From: an uncultured delta proteobacterium
GTDB taxonomy: Bacteria > Myxococcota_A > Polyangia > Fen-1088
Direction of reading: 5' to 3'
Assembly (NCBI GenBank): GCA_963767925.1
Contig: CAVYGB010000002.1
Coordinates: forward strand, 224,001-288,000
DNA length: 64,000 nucleotides
Position numbers and translations under genes: made by a program. The notes under the pieces are model-generated. The model had not been told where the DNA came from. It was given only the letters and a program-made list of their open reading frames with translations, and made no database searches. Below, one piece after another: positions 9,636 to 18,245 of this stretch (its first letter is position 1; each line of letters opens with the position of its first letter).

Positions 9636-10513
9636 ATGAAACTGACTTTCACTTCCATCCTGGCGGCAGCCGTGCTCCAACCTGGCGGGGCACCACCTGG
9701 ATCGACTGGGGCACGTCCCGCAGAGGCACCGAGATCTTGGTGCCCACTTCTCGCGGTAGCTCGACGGCCGCGCCCCCCGCACCCGCACCTCGGGCAGGTG
9801 CCGCTCGACCGCTGCCGCCAGCGGCGGCGGGGAGGCGACGGGGGGAGCCGCCGGCGGCGGCGGGGGCGCGACCGCGGCGGGCGGCGCCTCGGGGAGCGGA
9901 GGCGGGGCGGTGGCCGCGGGCGCTTCGGCGGGTGGAGGGCTCACCTCCTGGGCGCCGACCGGCGGCGCGATCTGGCCTCCTGATCACCACCTTCTCCGCG
10001 TTCCGCATCCGCAAGGACAACATCGCCGTCCCCGATCCGGTCAACACCGGGTTCAACCTGCAGACCGGCCAGGTGACCAGCGAGGGCCTCGAGGTCGACA
10101 TCGCCGGGTCGCCGATCGAGCGGCTGAGCCTCATCGGCAACGTCGCCGTCCTCGACCCCCGCATCACCCGCGACACCGACGCGCGGGTCATCGGCAAGCG
10201 GCCGGCCAGCACGCCCACCCGCGGCGCCGGGCTGTGGATCAGCTACCGGCTGCCCGGCTGGGCCGACGGGTTCGGGGTGGGCGCCGGCGGGCACCACGTC
10301 GGGCGGCGCCAGGGTGACCGGCTGGGCAGCTTCTACCTGCCCGCTTACACGCGCTGGGACGCCAGCGTCTGGTACCGGAAGCAGGCCTGGGCGGTCACGC
10401 TGAAGGCCGACAACCTGCTCGACGAGCGGTACTACATCTCGTCCCACGACACGCTGGGCATCTACCCGGGCGCCCCCCGCGAGGCCCGCCTGTCGCTCGC
10501 CTACCGGCACTGA
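9636..10513 (+). pseudogene. TonB-dependent siderophore receptor remnant with internal inversion and deletion
   Basis: Plus strand: signal start MKLTFTSILAAAVLQ. Minus strand 9680-9972: LPEVRVRG and GTKISVPLRDVPQSIQVVPRQV (TonB box and plug start). Plus strand: C-terminal barrel (GLEVD, LPAYTRWDA, NLLDERYY, PGAPR). Confidence 0.85.
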
Positions 10514-10555
10514 ACATGGCGGCTTGCGATCACAGGAGCACGATGGAGGCCAGCC

Positions 10556-10870
10556 TTGTTTGAGTCGGTGGGTCTCCTCCTCGCCACCGTGGCGTGTGGC
10601 CTGATCGGCTTCGCCTGCCTGGCGCTGTCGATGCCCCGCCACTGGAAGGACGTGACCGGGGCGGCCACGCTGCCCGCTGGTCGCGCCCGCGCCCTGCGGC
10701 TGATCGGATTTCCCCTGCTGGTCGCCGGGGCCGTCCTGGCCATCGTGCGGGACGGGCCGAGCTTCGGGAGCATCCTGGCCGTCCTGGTCTGGACCGCGAG
10801 CGCCTGGGCGGCGGCCTTCACCCTCACCTGGCGCCCGCGCTGGCTGCGGCCGCTGACCGGCGCGCCGAAG
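10556..10870 (+). CDS. DUF3325-like membrane protein, with no stop and fused to downstream fragments
   Basis: GFACLALSMPRHW, LRLIG, GPSFG, LTWRPRWLRPL. This family is typical of iron-uptake loci. Confidence 0.75.
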
Positions 10871-10899
10871 ACCCCGCGAGGGCCCGCCGCCGGGTCGGG

Positions 10900-11564
10900 C
10901 GGGGCGCCCCTGGTGTCGTTCTTCTGCGCGGTCGTCTGGCTGGGGTGCTTCGGCGTCGGGGTGGTGGGCCTGGCCGCGCCGATGCCGCGCCCGCAGCCGC
11001 TCCCGCCCGAGCCGCCGCCGGTGATCGCCGAGCTGCTGCAGGTGGAGCTCTCGGACCCCGCGCCGCGCGCAGCAGCACCGACGACTTCCGGCGGAACACC
11101 CCGCCTCGGTCCTGCACAACCAGCTCTCGCCCCGCGCCGGGCTGGTCTGGCAGCCCGCCGAGAGCCTGTCGGTCTACACGAGCTACAGCGAGTCCTTCGT
11201 GCCGGTCATCGGCCAGACCTTCGCCGGCGCCGGCCGGGCCGCCCTGGAGATGTGGGCGTTTTACCTGGTCTGGGCCGTCACCTTCGCCCACGCCGCCTGG
11301 CGCGGCCGCCCCGCCTGGTCCGAGCAGTGCCTCGCCGTCGCCGCCGCCGCGGTGGCCGCCGTGACCCTCAACTGGATCACCACCGGCGACCACCTCGCCC
11401 GCAGCCTGGCCCTCGGCAACCACGGTGTGGCCGGCATGGACCTCCTCCTCCTGGCCGGCGCCGCCATCGCCTGGCTCTCCGCCCGCAAGCTCCGCCAGCG
11501 CACCCCCTCGCTCAGCCCCGCCCGCCTCGCCCCCACCCTCACCCGCGGCATGGGCGCCGCCTGA
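10900..11564 (+). pseudogene. Mosaic of a TonB-like N-terminus, a receptor barrel fragment and a PepSY-associated TM protein C-terminus
   Basis: TM helix plus PRPQPLPPEPPPVIAELLQVEL, then QLSPRAGLVWQPAESLSVYTSYSESFVP, then EMWAFYLVW...LNWITTGDHL...VAGMDL. Confidence 0.7.
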
Positions 11565-11616
11565 ACCGGGGGTTGGATTTGCCCTCCGGGGCGGGGGTCG
11601 AGTAGAACCGGGGCCC

Positions 11617-12801
11617 ATGTCGACGCGTCCTGGTCCCCTTTCCCTTCTCCTGGCCGTGTTGATCGCCTCCGGCGCGGGGTGTCTGGGGGCGCTGTGGGAG
11701 CGGAACAAGGTACCGCCGGCGGCGCCGCCGCCGGCCGTGCCGACTGCCCTCGCCTCGGTTGTCGCGCTGGAGCTGGTGACGCGAGAGACGACCGAGGCGG
11801 TGGCGCTGGTAGCGGCGCCCGAGCCGGCCGGGCGGCTGTTCGTCGTGGAGAAGCGGGGGCCGATCCGGCTGCTGCGGGGCAAGCAGCTCGACGGGCGGCC
11901 GTTCTTCGACCTCACCGGGCAGGTGTCGCTGTGGCGGGGGGACAACGGGGAGCAGGGGTTGCTGGGGCTGGCGTTTCATCCGCAGTTTCAGCAGAACGGA
12001 CGCCTGTACATCAACTACACCGACCTGGCGGGGGACACGCGGGTTGTCGAGCTGCGGGTCGACCCCAGGGACCCGAACCGGGCGGACCCGGCCAGCGCGC
12101 GCGAGATCCTGAGGGTCGAGCAGCCCTACAGCAACCACAACGCGGGTGACCTGGCCTTCGGGCCGGACGGGCAGCTCCACGTCCTGCTGGGTGACGGGGG
12201 CAAGGCCAACGACCCGCACGGGCACGGGCAGAACCCGAAGACGCTGCTGTCCAAGATGCTCCGGATCGATGTCGACGCGCCCCAGCCGCGCGTGACGACT
12301 TACGGCAAGGGGATGCGCAATCCCTGGCGCTACAGCTTCGACCGGAAGACGGGCGACCTCTACATCGCCGACGTCGGCCAGAACATCTGGGAGTGGGTGC
12401 ACGTCATCCCGGCGGGGCGGCTGGCCGGGCCCCACAACCTGGGCTGGAACATCACCGAGGGCTCACGCTGCTTCCGGGCGGGCACCTGCGACCGGTCGGA
12501 CGTCATCGCGCCGGTTGTCGAATATCCCCACAGCGAGGGCTGCTCCATCACCGGCGGCCACGTGTACCGGGGCAAGGCCCTGCCCGAGCTGGAGGGGGTC
12601 TACTTCTACAGCGACTACTGCACCGCCCTGCTGCGCAGCTTCCGCTACCAGGACGGCCGCGCGGTCGAGCACCGGGACTGGAAGGCCGCCCTCGATCCGG
12701 AGTCGCAGCTCGCCAAGGTGGCCGCCTTCGGCCAGGACCACGAGGGCGAGCTGTACGTGGTCACCCACGAGGGCCCGATCTTCAAGCTCGCCCGCCGCTG
12801 A
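11617..12801 (+). CDS. PQQ-dependent sugar (glucose/sorbosone) dehydrogenase family protein
   Basis: GEQGLLGLAFHP, NHNAG, GDGG, GMRNPWR, DVGQ, SITGG motifs. Confidence 0.92.
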   Translation: MSTRPGPLSLLLAVLIASGAGCLGALWERNKVPPAAPPPAVPTALASVVALELVTRETTEAVALVAAPEPAGRLFVVEKRGPIRLLRGKQLDGRPFFDLTGQVSLWRGDNGEQGLLGLAFHPQFQQNGRLYINYTDLAGDTRVVELRVDPRDPNRADPASAREILRVEQPYSNHNAGDLAFGPDGQLHVLLGDGGKANDPHGHGQNPKTLLSKMLRIDVDAPQPRVTTYGKGMRNPWRYSFDRKTGDLYIADVGQNIWEWVHVIPAGRLAGPHNLGWNITEGSRCFRAGTCDRSDVIAPVVEYPHSEGCSITGGHVYRGKALPELEGVYFYSDYCTALLRSFRYQDGRAVEHRDWKAALDPESQLAKVAAFGQDHEGELYVVTHEGPIFKLARR

Positions 12802-12860
12802 GCGGTCGTCCATTCGTGGATCGGGGAGCGGTTGCAACCCGTGGGGTCGAGCGTCGCCCG

Positions 12861-13505
12861 TCACGGGCCGATCAAGCCGGCTTTGCGCATCTCCTCGGCG
12901 GCCTTGTCGATGATCTCTCCGACGACCTTGTCGGTCTTGCCCGGGTCGAAGGTCTCGCTGACGCCGCCCCACATCAGCTTGTCCTGGGCCACGCTGTACA
13001 CGAGGGTCTCGATCGAGACGATGGTGTCGGTGGTCAGGTACCCGGGGGCCCCCACCGACGACCAGCCATAGTCCCAGTAGCCATAGAAGGACCCGTAGGC
13101 CGGACCGCCGGGGACGTAGCTGGTCTCCTGCCGCCGGTCGACGACCCGCATGACAACCGCGCCGTCGATGTTCGCGGCGCGCAGCTTGGCCCGCAGGGCC
13201 TGCTTGTCCGCTGTCGCCCCATCCGGGGACAGGCGGTAGCCGGGGACGGCGACGACCCCCCGCTCGGTGAGCTCGCGCGCCATTGCGTCCTCGGCGGCGC
13301 GACGCTGGGCCTCGTCCTTGCTGACGGCGAAGGTGGCGACCCGCTTGCCCTGTAGCTCGATGCGCTGGGCCTGGGGATCCTTCCAGGTCGACTTGAACTC
13401 GGTCGAGGAGCACCCGACAACCCCTGCCAGCGCCACCCCGAGGACCGCTGACGACACGACCGCCAACCCGAACCGCCGCGAACATCCCTGCGTCGAAGAC
13501 TCCAT
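12861..13505 (-). CDS. DUF4136-like lipoprotein
   Basis: RBS AGGAGG, lipobox VVGC, STWKDP, Tyr/Gly-rich segment, ETLVYS...LMWGG.SET. Confidence 0.75.
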   Translation of the reverse strand: MESSTQGCSRRFGLAVVSSAVLGVALAGVVGCSSTEFKSTWKDPQAQRIELQGKRVATFAVSKDEAQRRAAEDAMARELTERGVVAVPGYRLSPDGATADKQALRAKLRAANIDGAVVMRVVDRRQETSYVPGGPAYGSFYGYWDYGWSSVGAPGYLTTDTIVSIETLVYSVAQDKLMWGGVSETFDPGKTDKVVGEIIDKAAEEMRKAGLIGP

Positions 13506-13673
13506 TGGCCCACCTCCTTGTCGGCGTGAAGCTGGAGGCGCCGGGGTCGGCAGGCAATCGCCAGCGCCGGGGAGCCGCGGCCGTTCGCCCGCGATGACGG
13601 GGATCCCCCACAGCCCGCGAGGCGACGCCGCGAACGCGGGGCCGGCCCGTCCCCGGGCCGATCGAACACCCGG

Positions 13674-14504
13674 TCAGCGGACGCAGGCGCGGGCGACGGC
13701 GGCGGCCTTGCCGAGCGAGTCGCAGCCGAGCACGCCCAGGCGGGCGCAGATGGTGTCGATGCAGGAGCCGTCGACGTCGCCGGTGCAGGCGTCGGAGGCC
13801 TGGGCGAGCTCGGCCCGCGAGGTGCAGGCGAGGCGTCCGGCGCGCTCGCAGACGGTGCGCAGGCAGGCGCCCCCGAACTGGGCGGCGCAGATGGCCGAGA
13901 CCGAGCGCAGCTCGTCGAACGAGTCGCACTCGGTGGGGCCGAGGTAGCCGCAGGCGACCTCGATGCAGGGCGATCGCGACGGTGCCGCCACGTAGAGCTG
14001 GCCGGAGGGCGCCACCGCCATCACCTGCGGCTGGAACCCGTCCGGAGGCGTTCCCACGGGCACGGGCGCCGGGGCCGGCAGCGGCGCCTCCGGCGAGGTG
14101 GTCCCGCGGGAGGGGCCCACCGGCTCCGCCCGCGGCAGGACCGGCTCCTCTCGCGTGAGCGTGGGTGGCGCCGGCGCCGGGACGGCGGCGGTCCGCGGGG
14201 CAGGTGGTGGGGCCGGCGCGGCCGGGGCGGCGGCGGGCGCGGGCGGCGGGCCGGGGAGATCGGCGGGTGGCGCTGCCCGGGTGGTGGCGGATCCGCCGCC
14301 CGGCGCGCTCCCCGAGGGCGGACGTGCGGTCGAGGGGGCCGCCTTCGACGCCGCCGCGGGCGCCCGCGCAGTCGGTGCGGCCGGCTGCGACGCGGGCGAG
14401 GCATCCCCGGCCGTCCCACCTCGATCGCTGCCGGGTGCGAGCTGGGCGGCGACGAGCACCGTCACCACCGCCAGAAACGCCGCTTCACCGAGCCCGCTCT
14501 GCAT
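13674..14504 (-). CDS. Secreted Pro-rich protein with Cys-rich C-terminal repeats
   Basis: Hydrophobic N-terminus and three CI..C..LG..C..(A)..C repeats. Confidence 0.65.
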   Translation of the reverse strand: MQSGLGEAAFLAVVTVLVAAQLAPGSDRGGTAGDASPASQPAAPTARAPAAASKAAPSTARPPSGSAPGGGSATTRAAPPADLPGPPPAPAAAPAAPAPPPAPRTAAVPAPAPPTLTREEPVLPRAEPVGPSRGTTSPEAPLPAPAPVPVGTPPDGFQPQVMAVAPSGQLYVAAPSRSPCIEVACGYLGPTECDSFDELRSVSAICAAQFGGACLRTVCERAGRLACTSRAELAQASDACTGDVDGSCIDTICARLGVLGCDSLGKAAAVARACVR

Positions 14505-15106
14505 CGCCCGACATCAACCTGCGACCGCCCCCCACCCCGAGCAAGGCCGGCACGCGCCGCCATCGAGTAGGTCATCCTCGCAGGCGCCCGCCCGTCGCCC
14601 GAGGATCGAACGCCGCCCGGACCCCTCACCCCTCCCCCCGCTGCCCCGGGGCGAGGGCGAACGGACAACGGGAGGCCGAAATATCGGGCCATGCACCCGG
14701 CATCGTCCCCTCGGAAGATGACCCAGCCGTCGCTCGGAAGATGATGGGGGCCCTTCGCCATCTGTTCGCCCTCGCCCCGCGGAGCGGGGAGAGTCGTCGT
14801 GACACCGGAGACGGCCTCACCCCCACTGACGGAAATGGTGAGATCAGCGATCTCGAGCGGTCACGGCCCCATTTCCATAGCAGGGAGGGGTGAGGGGGCC
14901 CCGCTGGAACCAGCCGGTGCTCAGTGCGCTCCGCTCGCTCTGCAAGGAGCCCGGTTCACCACAGCGTCGTACTCGGCGACAGCGGAGACAAACAACCACA
15001 ACGGCGCCAACCACATCGTTCACACTCACAACAATTGCGGCGTTCGACCACGCGCGCGCGGTTTGGGATTTACGGGTGATGATTGGCGGCTGTAAAGTAT
15101 GAGGCC

Positions 15107-15568
15107 ATGTACATCCGTTCGTGGCGGGGGTCGGTGGGGTTCAAGGGGATTGCGGCGTTGTGGATGGGGATCGCGGGGTGTGCCAGCTCGACGGTGATCC
15201 AGAGTCAGCCGACCGGGGCGAAGGTCTACCTCGACGGCATGGTCGGAGGCACCACGCCCTTCACCATGAGCGACACGAAGATGGTGGGCTCGAGCACCCA
15301 GGTGCGGATCGAATATCCCGGCTATCAGCCGCTGAACACGGTCATCAGCCGCAACGAGGAGTTCGACGTCATGGCCTGCATCGGCGGGGTGTTCCTGCTG
15401 GTGCCGTTCCTCTGGGTCATGAAATACAAACCGGTTCATCAATACGAGCTGGTTCCATTGGTGGGCCCGCAACAGATGCCCCAGCAGGGCTGGGTCCAGC
15501 CCCCGGCCGCCTATCCGCCGCCCGGCCAGATGCAGCCGCCGCCCGGCCCGCCGCCGCCGCAGCCGTGA
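15107..15568 (+). CDS. PEGA-domain lipoprotein
   Basis: IAGC lipobox, SQPTGAKVYLDG..GTTP, GYQP, then a TM segment. Confidence 0.85.
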   Translation: MYIRSWRGSVGFKGIAALWMGIAGCASSTVIQSQPTGAKVYLDGMVGGTTPFTMSDTKMVGSSTQVRIEYPGYQPLNTVISRNEEFDVMACIGGVFLLVPFLWVMKYKPVHQYELVPLVGPQQMPQQGWVQPPAAYPPPGQMQPPPGPPPPQP

Positions 15569-15987
15569 GCGCGGGGCGACGGGCGGGCTGGTCGCCCTCC
15601 CGGCTGTTGCTCCTCCTGCTGCTCGGCGCGGGCTGCGCCAGCAGCAGCCTGCAGCCCGCGCTGCCGCCGGTGGATCCGGCCTCGGCGCGGTACCGCGCGC
15701 TCCGCCGGCCCGAGCTGGTGCGGGCGGGGCCGGTGGCGGTCACCCGGGCTTACCGAGAGGTCATCGGGCCGCTGCTGGCCAGCCGCTGCCGGATGATCCC
15801 CAACGACTCGGAGTACTTCGATCGGCTGGCCCGCTCCTGCGGGGTCGGGTGGGCCCTCGTGCGGGGCATCGCGCGCGTCTTCCTCGAGCTGGGCGCCACC
15901 GCCGAGCTCCTCCCCACCACCGTCACGGGCAACCGCCTCCGCTATCTGGATCTGCCGCCCGCGCATCCTCCATGTGGACCGCCCTGA
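15565..15987 (+). CDS. YidD-like domain lipoprotein
   Basis: GTGA overlap with the upstream gene, lipobox GAGC, AYREVIGP..SRCRMIPNDSEY...G...RG.AR pattern. Confidence 0.6.
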   Translation: MSAGRRAGWSPSRLLLLLLLGAGCASSSLQPALPPVDPASARYRALRRPELVRAGPVAVTRAYREVIGPLLASRCRMIPNDSEYFDRLARSCGVGWALVRGIARVFLELGATAELLPTTVTGNRLRYLDLPPAHPPCGPP

Positions 15988-16835
15988 CCCTGGGCCTGGC
16001 GATCCACCTCGCCCACTCCGGCCAGCCCGCGCTGGCGCCGCGCCTCGCGCTGCAGCTCGCGGAGCCGGGTGGGGGCGAGCCGGCCTGTGAGGGCGGGCCG
16101 GCGCGGAGCCATCCGCTGGCGCTCTACCGCGAGGGGGCTTATCTCGCGGCTTACCACCTCAGCGCCACCTTGCGGCTGATCTGCCCGTCGGCGGACGCGG
16201 CGGCGGGGTGGAGCCTGCTCTCGGCGCTCTCGCTCGCCGCCCTCGACGACGTCGGCCGGGCGGCCCGGCAGCTCCGCGCGCTGGCCGACCAGCCGGGGGA
16301 GCAGGGGGCCCGCGCGGGGGTGGCGCTGGCCTGGCTCTACCTGCGCCAGGCCGACGGCGCCGCCCTGGAGACCGCCCTGGGCCGCCTCCCGGCCGAGGCG
16401 ACCGCGCGCCTCCGGACCCTCGCCGAGCTGGGATCCGACGCCGCCTTCGCCGAGCGCACCCGCGCGCTGCCCCCGGCCCTGGCCGTCCCGGCCCTGGCGG
16501 CCCACGGCGAGCTCCTCGCTGCTCGCCGCACCACCCGCCCCTGGCTGGCCGGTCTGCTCAGCGCCGTCGTGCCCGGCGCGGGCCAGCTCCACGCCGGCGC
16601 CTGGGGTTCCGCCGCCGCGGTGTTCGCGGTGAACGCCCTGCTGATCGGGGCCAGCGCGGAGCTGTTTCACCGGCGCCTCTACCTCACCGGGGCCACCGCC
16701 GCGACCGTCGCCTCGATGGTCTACCTGGGCGGCATCATCAACGCCGCCGACCTCGCCCGCCGCCGCAACGACGCCGCCGCCCGCCCCGCCCGCGACCGCC
16801 TCGACCGCCTCCTGGTCCCCGAAGCCCACCCGTGA
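15972..16835 (+). CDS. Helical (TPR-like) protein with C-terminal membrane domain
   Basis: PWLAGLLSAVVPGAGQLHAG motif followed by two TM helices. Overlaps the upstream gene. Confidence 0.7.
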   Translation: MWTALTLGLAIHLAHSGQPALAPRLALQLAEPGGGEPACEGGPARSHPLALYREGAYLAAYHLSATLRLICPSADAAAGWSLLSALSLAALDDVGRAARQLRALADQPGEQGARAGVALAWLYLRQADGAALETALGRLPAEATARLRTLAELGSDAAFAERTRALPPALAVPALAAHGELLAARRTTRPWLAGLLSAVVPGAGQLHAGAWGSAAAVFAVNALLIGASAELFHRRLYLTGATAATVASMVYLGGIINAADLARRRNDAAARPARDRLDRLLVPEAHP

Positions 16836-16897
16836 ATGCGACCCGCTCTCCTCATCACCACGGCACGCACTCCTATCGTCATCACGGCGCCCCGTTC

Positions 16898-16991
16898 CGC
16901 GCGCCGGGTGAGGGGCCTCCGGCGCGGCGACCGCCCCTCACCCTTCCCTCTCCCCACGGCCGCAGACGGCCGCGGGGAGAAGGCAAACGGG
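16898..16991. repeat. REP-like element family A (reverse orientation)
   Basis: GGGTGAGGGGCCTCCGG...CCCTCTCCCCACGGCCGCAGACGGCCGCGGGGAGA between convergent genes. Confidence 0.85.
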
Positions 16992-17041
16992 CGGTGGGGG
17001 GGGCCTGCCTTAGAGGCGTTGCCCACGATCAGGAGCGGGGG

Positions 17042-18205
17042 TCAGCGGAGCTTTTGCAGGAGGCGGCGGGCGTAGCGGCCGGCGGCCATGAGGGCCGGGA
17101 CCTGGCGGGCGGTCTCGGCGGCGCGGCGGGGCCAGTAGCCGAGGAGGCCGGAGCGCAGGCCGCGCGGGTAGATCTCCACCGTCTCGTAGCGGCGGCGGCG
17201 CATCTCCCAGTTGTCGTACCAGGAGTAGTTGGTCACCAGGTTTATCTCGCCGCCGCTGGCCCCGTGCTGCTCGAACATGCGAGACACCACCCGCTCCAGC
17301 AGCAACGTCCCGGGCGACATGCGGGCGACGCTCTCGTCGTAGCCGAGCTTCCAGATCAACATCCGCGACCCGATCAGCACCGACATGTTGCCGGCCAGCA
17401 GCTTGCCGTCGAGGCGCAGAAATTGCCACTGTAGCCAGCCGGCGGCGGCCAGGCGGCGGGTGAGGGCGGTGTAGAAGGCCACCAGCTCGGGCGCGCGGGC
17501 GATGGCGGTGCCGCTGTCCCCCTTCCAGCTCGAGGCCTCCACCTCGAGGAACTCGTGCAGGTCCTTGGACTGGGCCTCGGCCCCGGTCTTGAAGATCCAC
17601 TCGGCCTGGCCGCTCTTGGTGAGCTTGTTGGCCGCCTTGCTGATGTTGTTGCGGAAGTTCCGGCTCAGGCCGCCGCGAAAGCTGGCGAAGTCCCCCTCGA
17701 TGGGCAGGTAGGCGCCCATGTCGGCGTACCCGCGGATGCTGCGCGCCTGCAGGCCCCCGCTGCGCGACAGCTCGAGGGTGGCCGACCCGGCGGGCAAGCG
17801 GAACAGATCGATCCGCTGGCAGCCGGGGATGGCCGCGACCGCCCCCCGGATGAGGGCGGGCAACACCGTCCCCTCCAGCCCGGCGCGCACCAGCGGGTCG
17901 ACCGAGAAGGCGTGGTCGTCGTCGGGCGCGCCGGCCATCACCCCCGCCCCGGGCAGGCGCCCGCGCGGCCGCACCACCAGGGGCAACACCCCCACCAGCT
18001 CACCCTCCTGCCGGGCCAGCAGGCAGACCCAGCTCTCGCCCGGCTTGAGCCGGTGCTCGAAGAAGGTCGCCATCCAGGCGTAAGAGACGAAGGGCAGCAC
18101 CCGGGGGTGCTGCTCCATCAGCCGGTTCCAGTCACCTTCGTGGGCCGCCAGCTCGGCCAGCCCGGTGACCGCGCGGACCTCGCAGGGGCGCTCCTCGACC
18201 TTCAT
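17042..18205 (-). CDS. GNAT-family acetyltransferase (CelD/BcsL-like)
   Basis: PFVSYAW, LVGVLPL, LSRNFRNNI, SSWKG, KLGYDE, SPGTLL motifs. Confidence 0.88.
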   Translation of the reverse strand: MKVEERPCEVRAVTGLAELAAHEGDWNRLMEQHPRVLPFVSYAWMATFFEHRLKPGESWVCLLARQEGELVGVLPLVVRPRGRLPGAGVMAGAPDDDHAFSVDPLVRAGLEGTVLPALIRGAVAAIPGCQRIDLFRLPAGSATLELSRSGGLQARSIRGYADMGAYLPIEGDFASFRGGLSRNFRNNISKAANKLTKSGQAEWIFKTGAEAQSKDLHEFLEVEASSWKGDSGTAIARAPELVAFYTALTRRLAAAGWLQWQFLRLDGKLLAGNMSVLIGSRMLIWKLGYDESVARMSPGTLLLERVVSRMFEQHGASGGEINLVTNYSWYDNWEMRRRRYETVEIYPRGLRSGLLGYWPRRAAETARQVPALMAAGRYARRLLQKLR

Positions 18206-18245
18206 CCCACCAGAGCTTCGGCGGTTTCGCCGAGATCCTTGTGGG

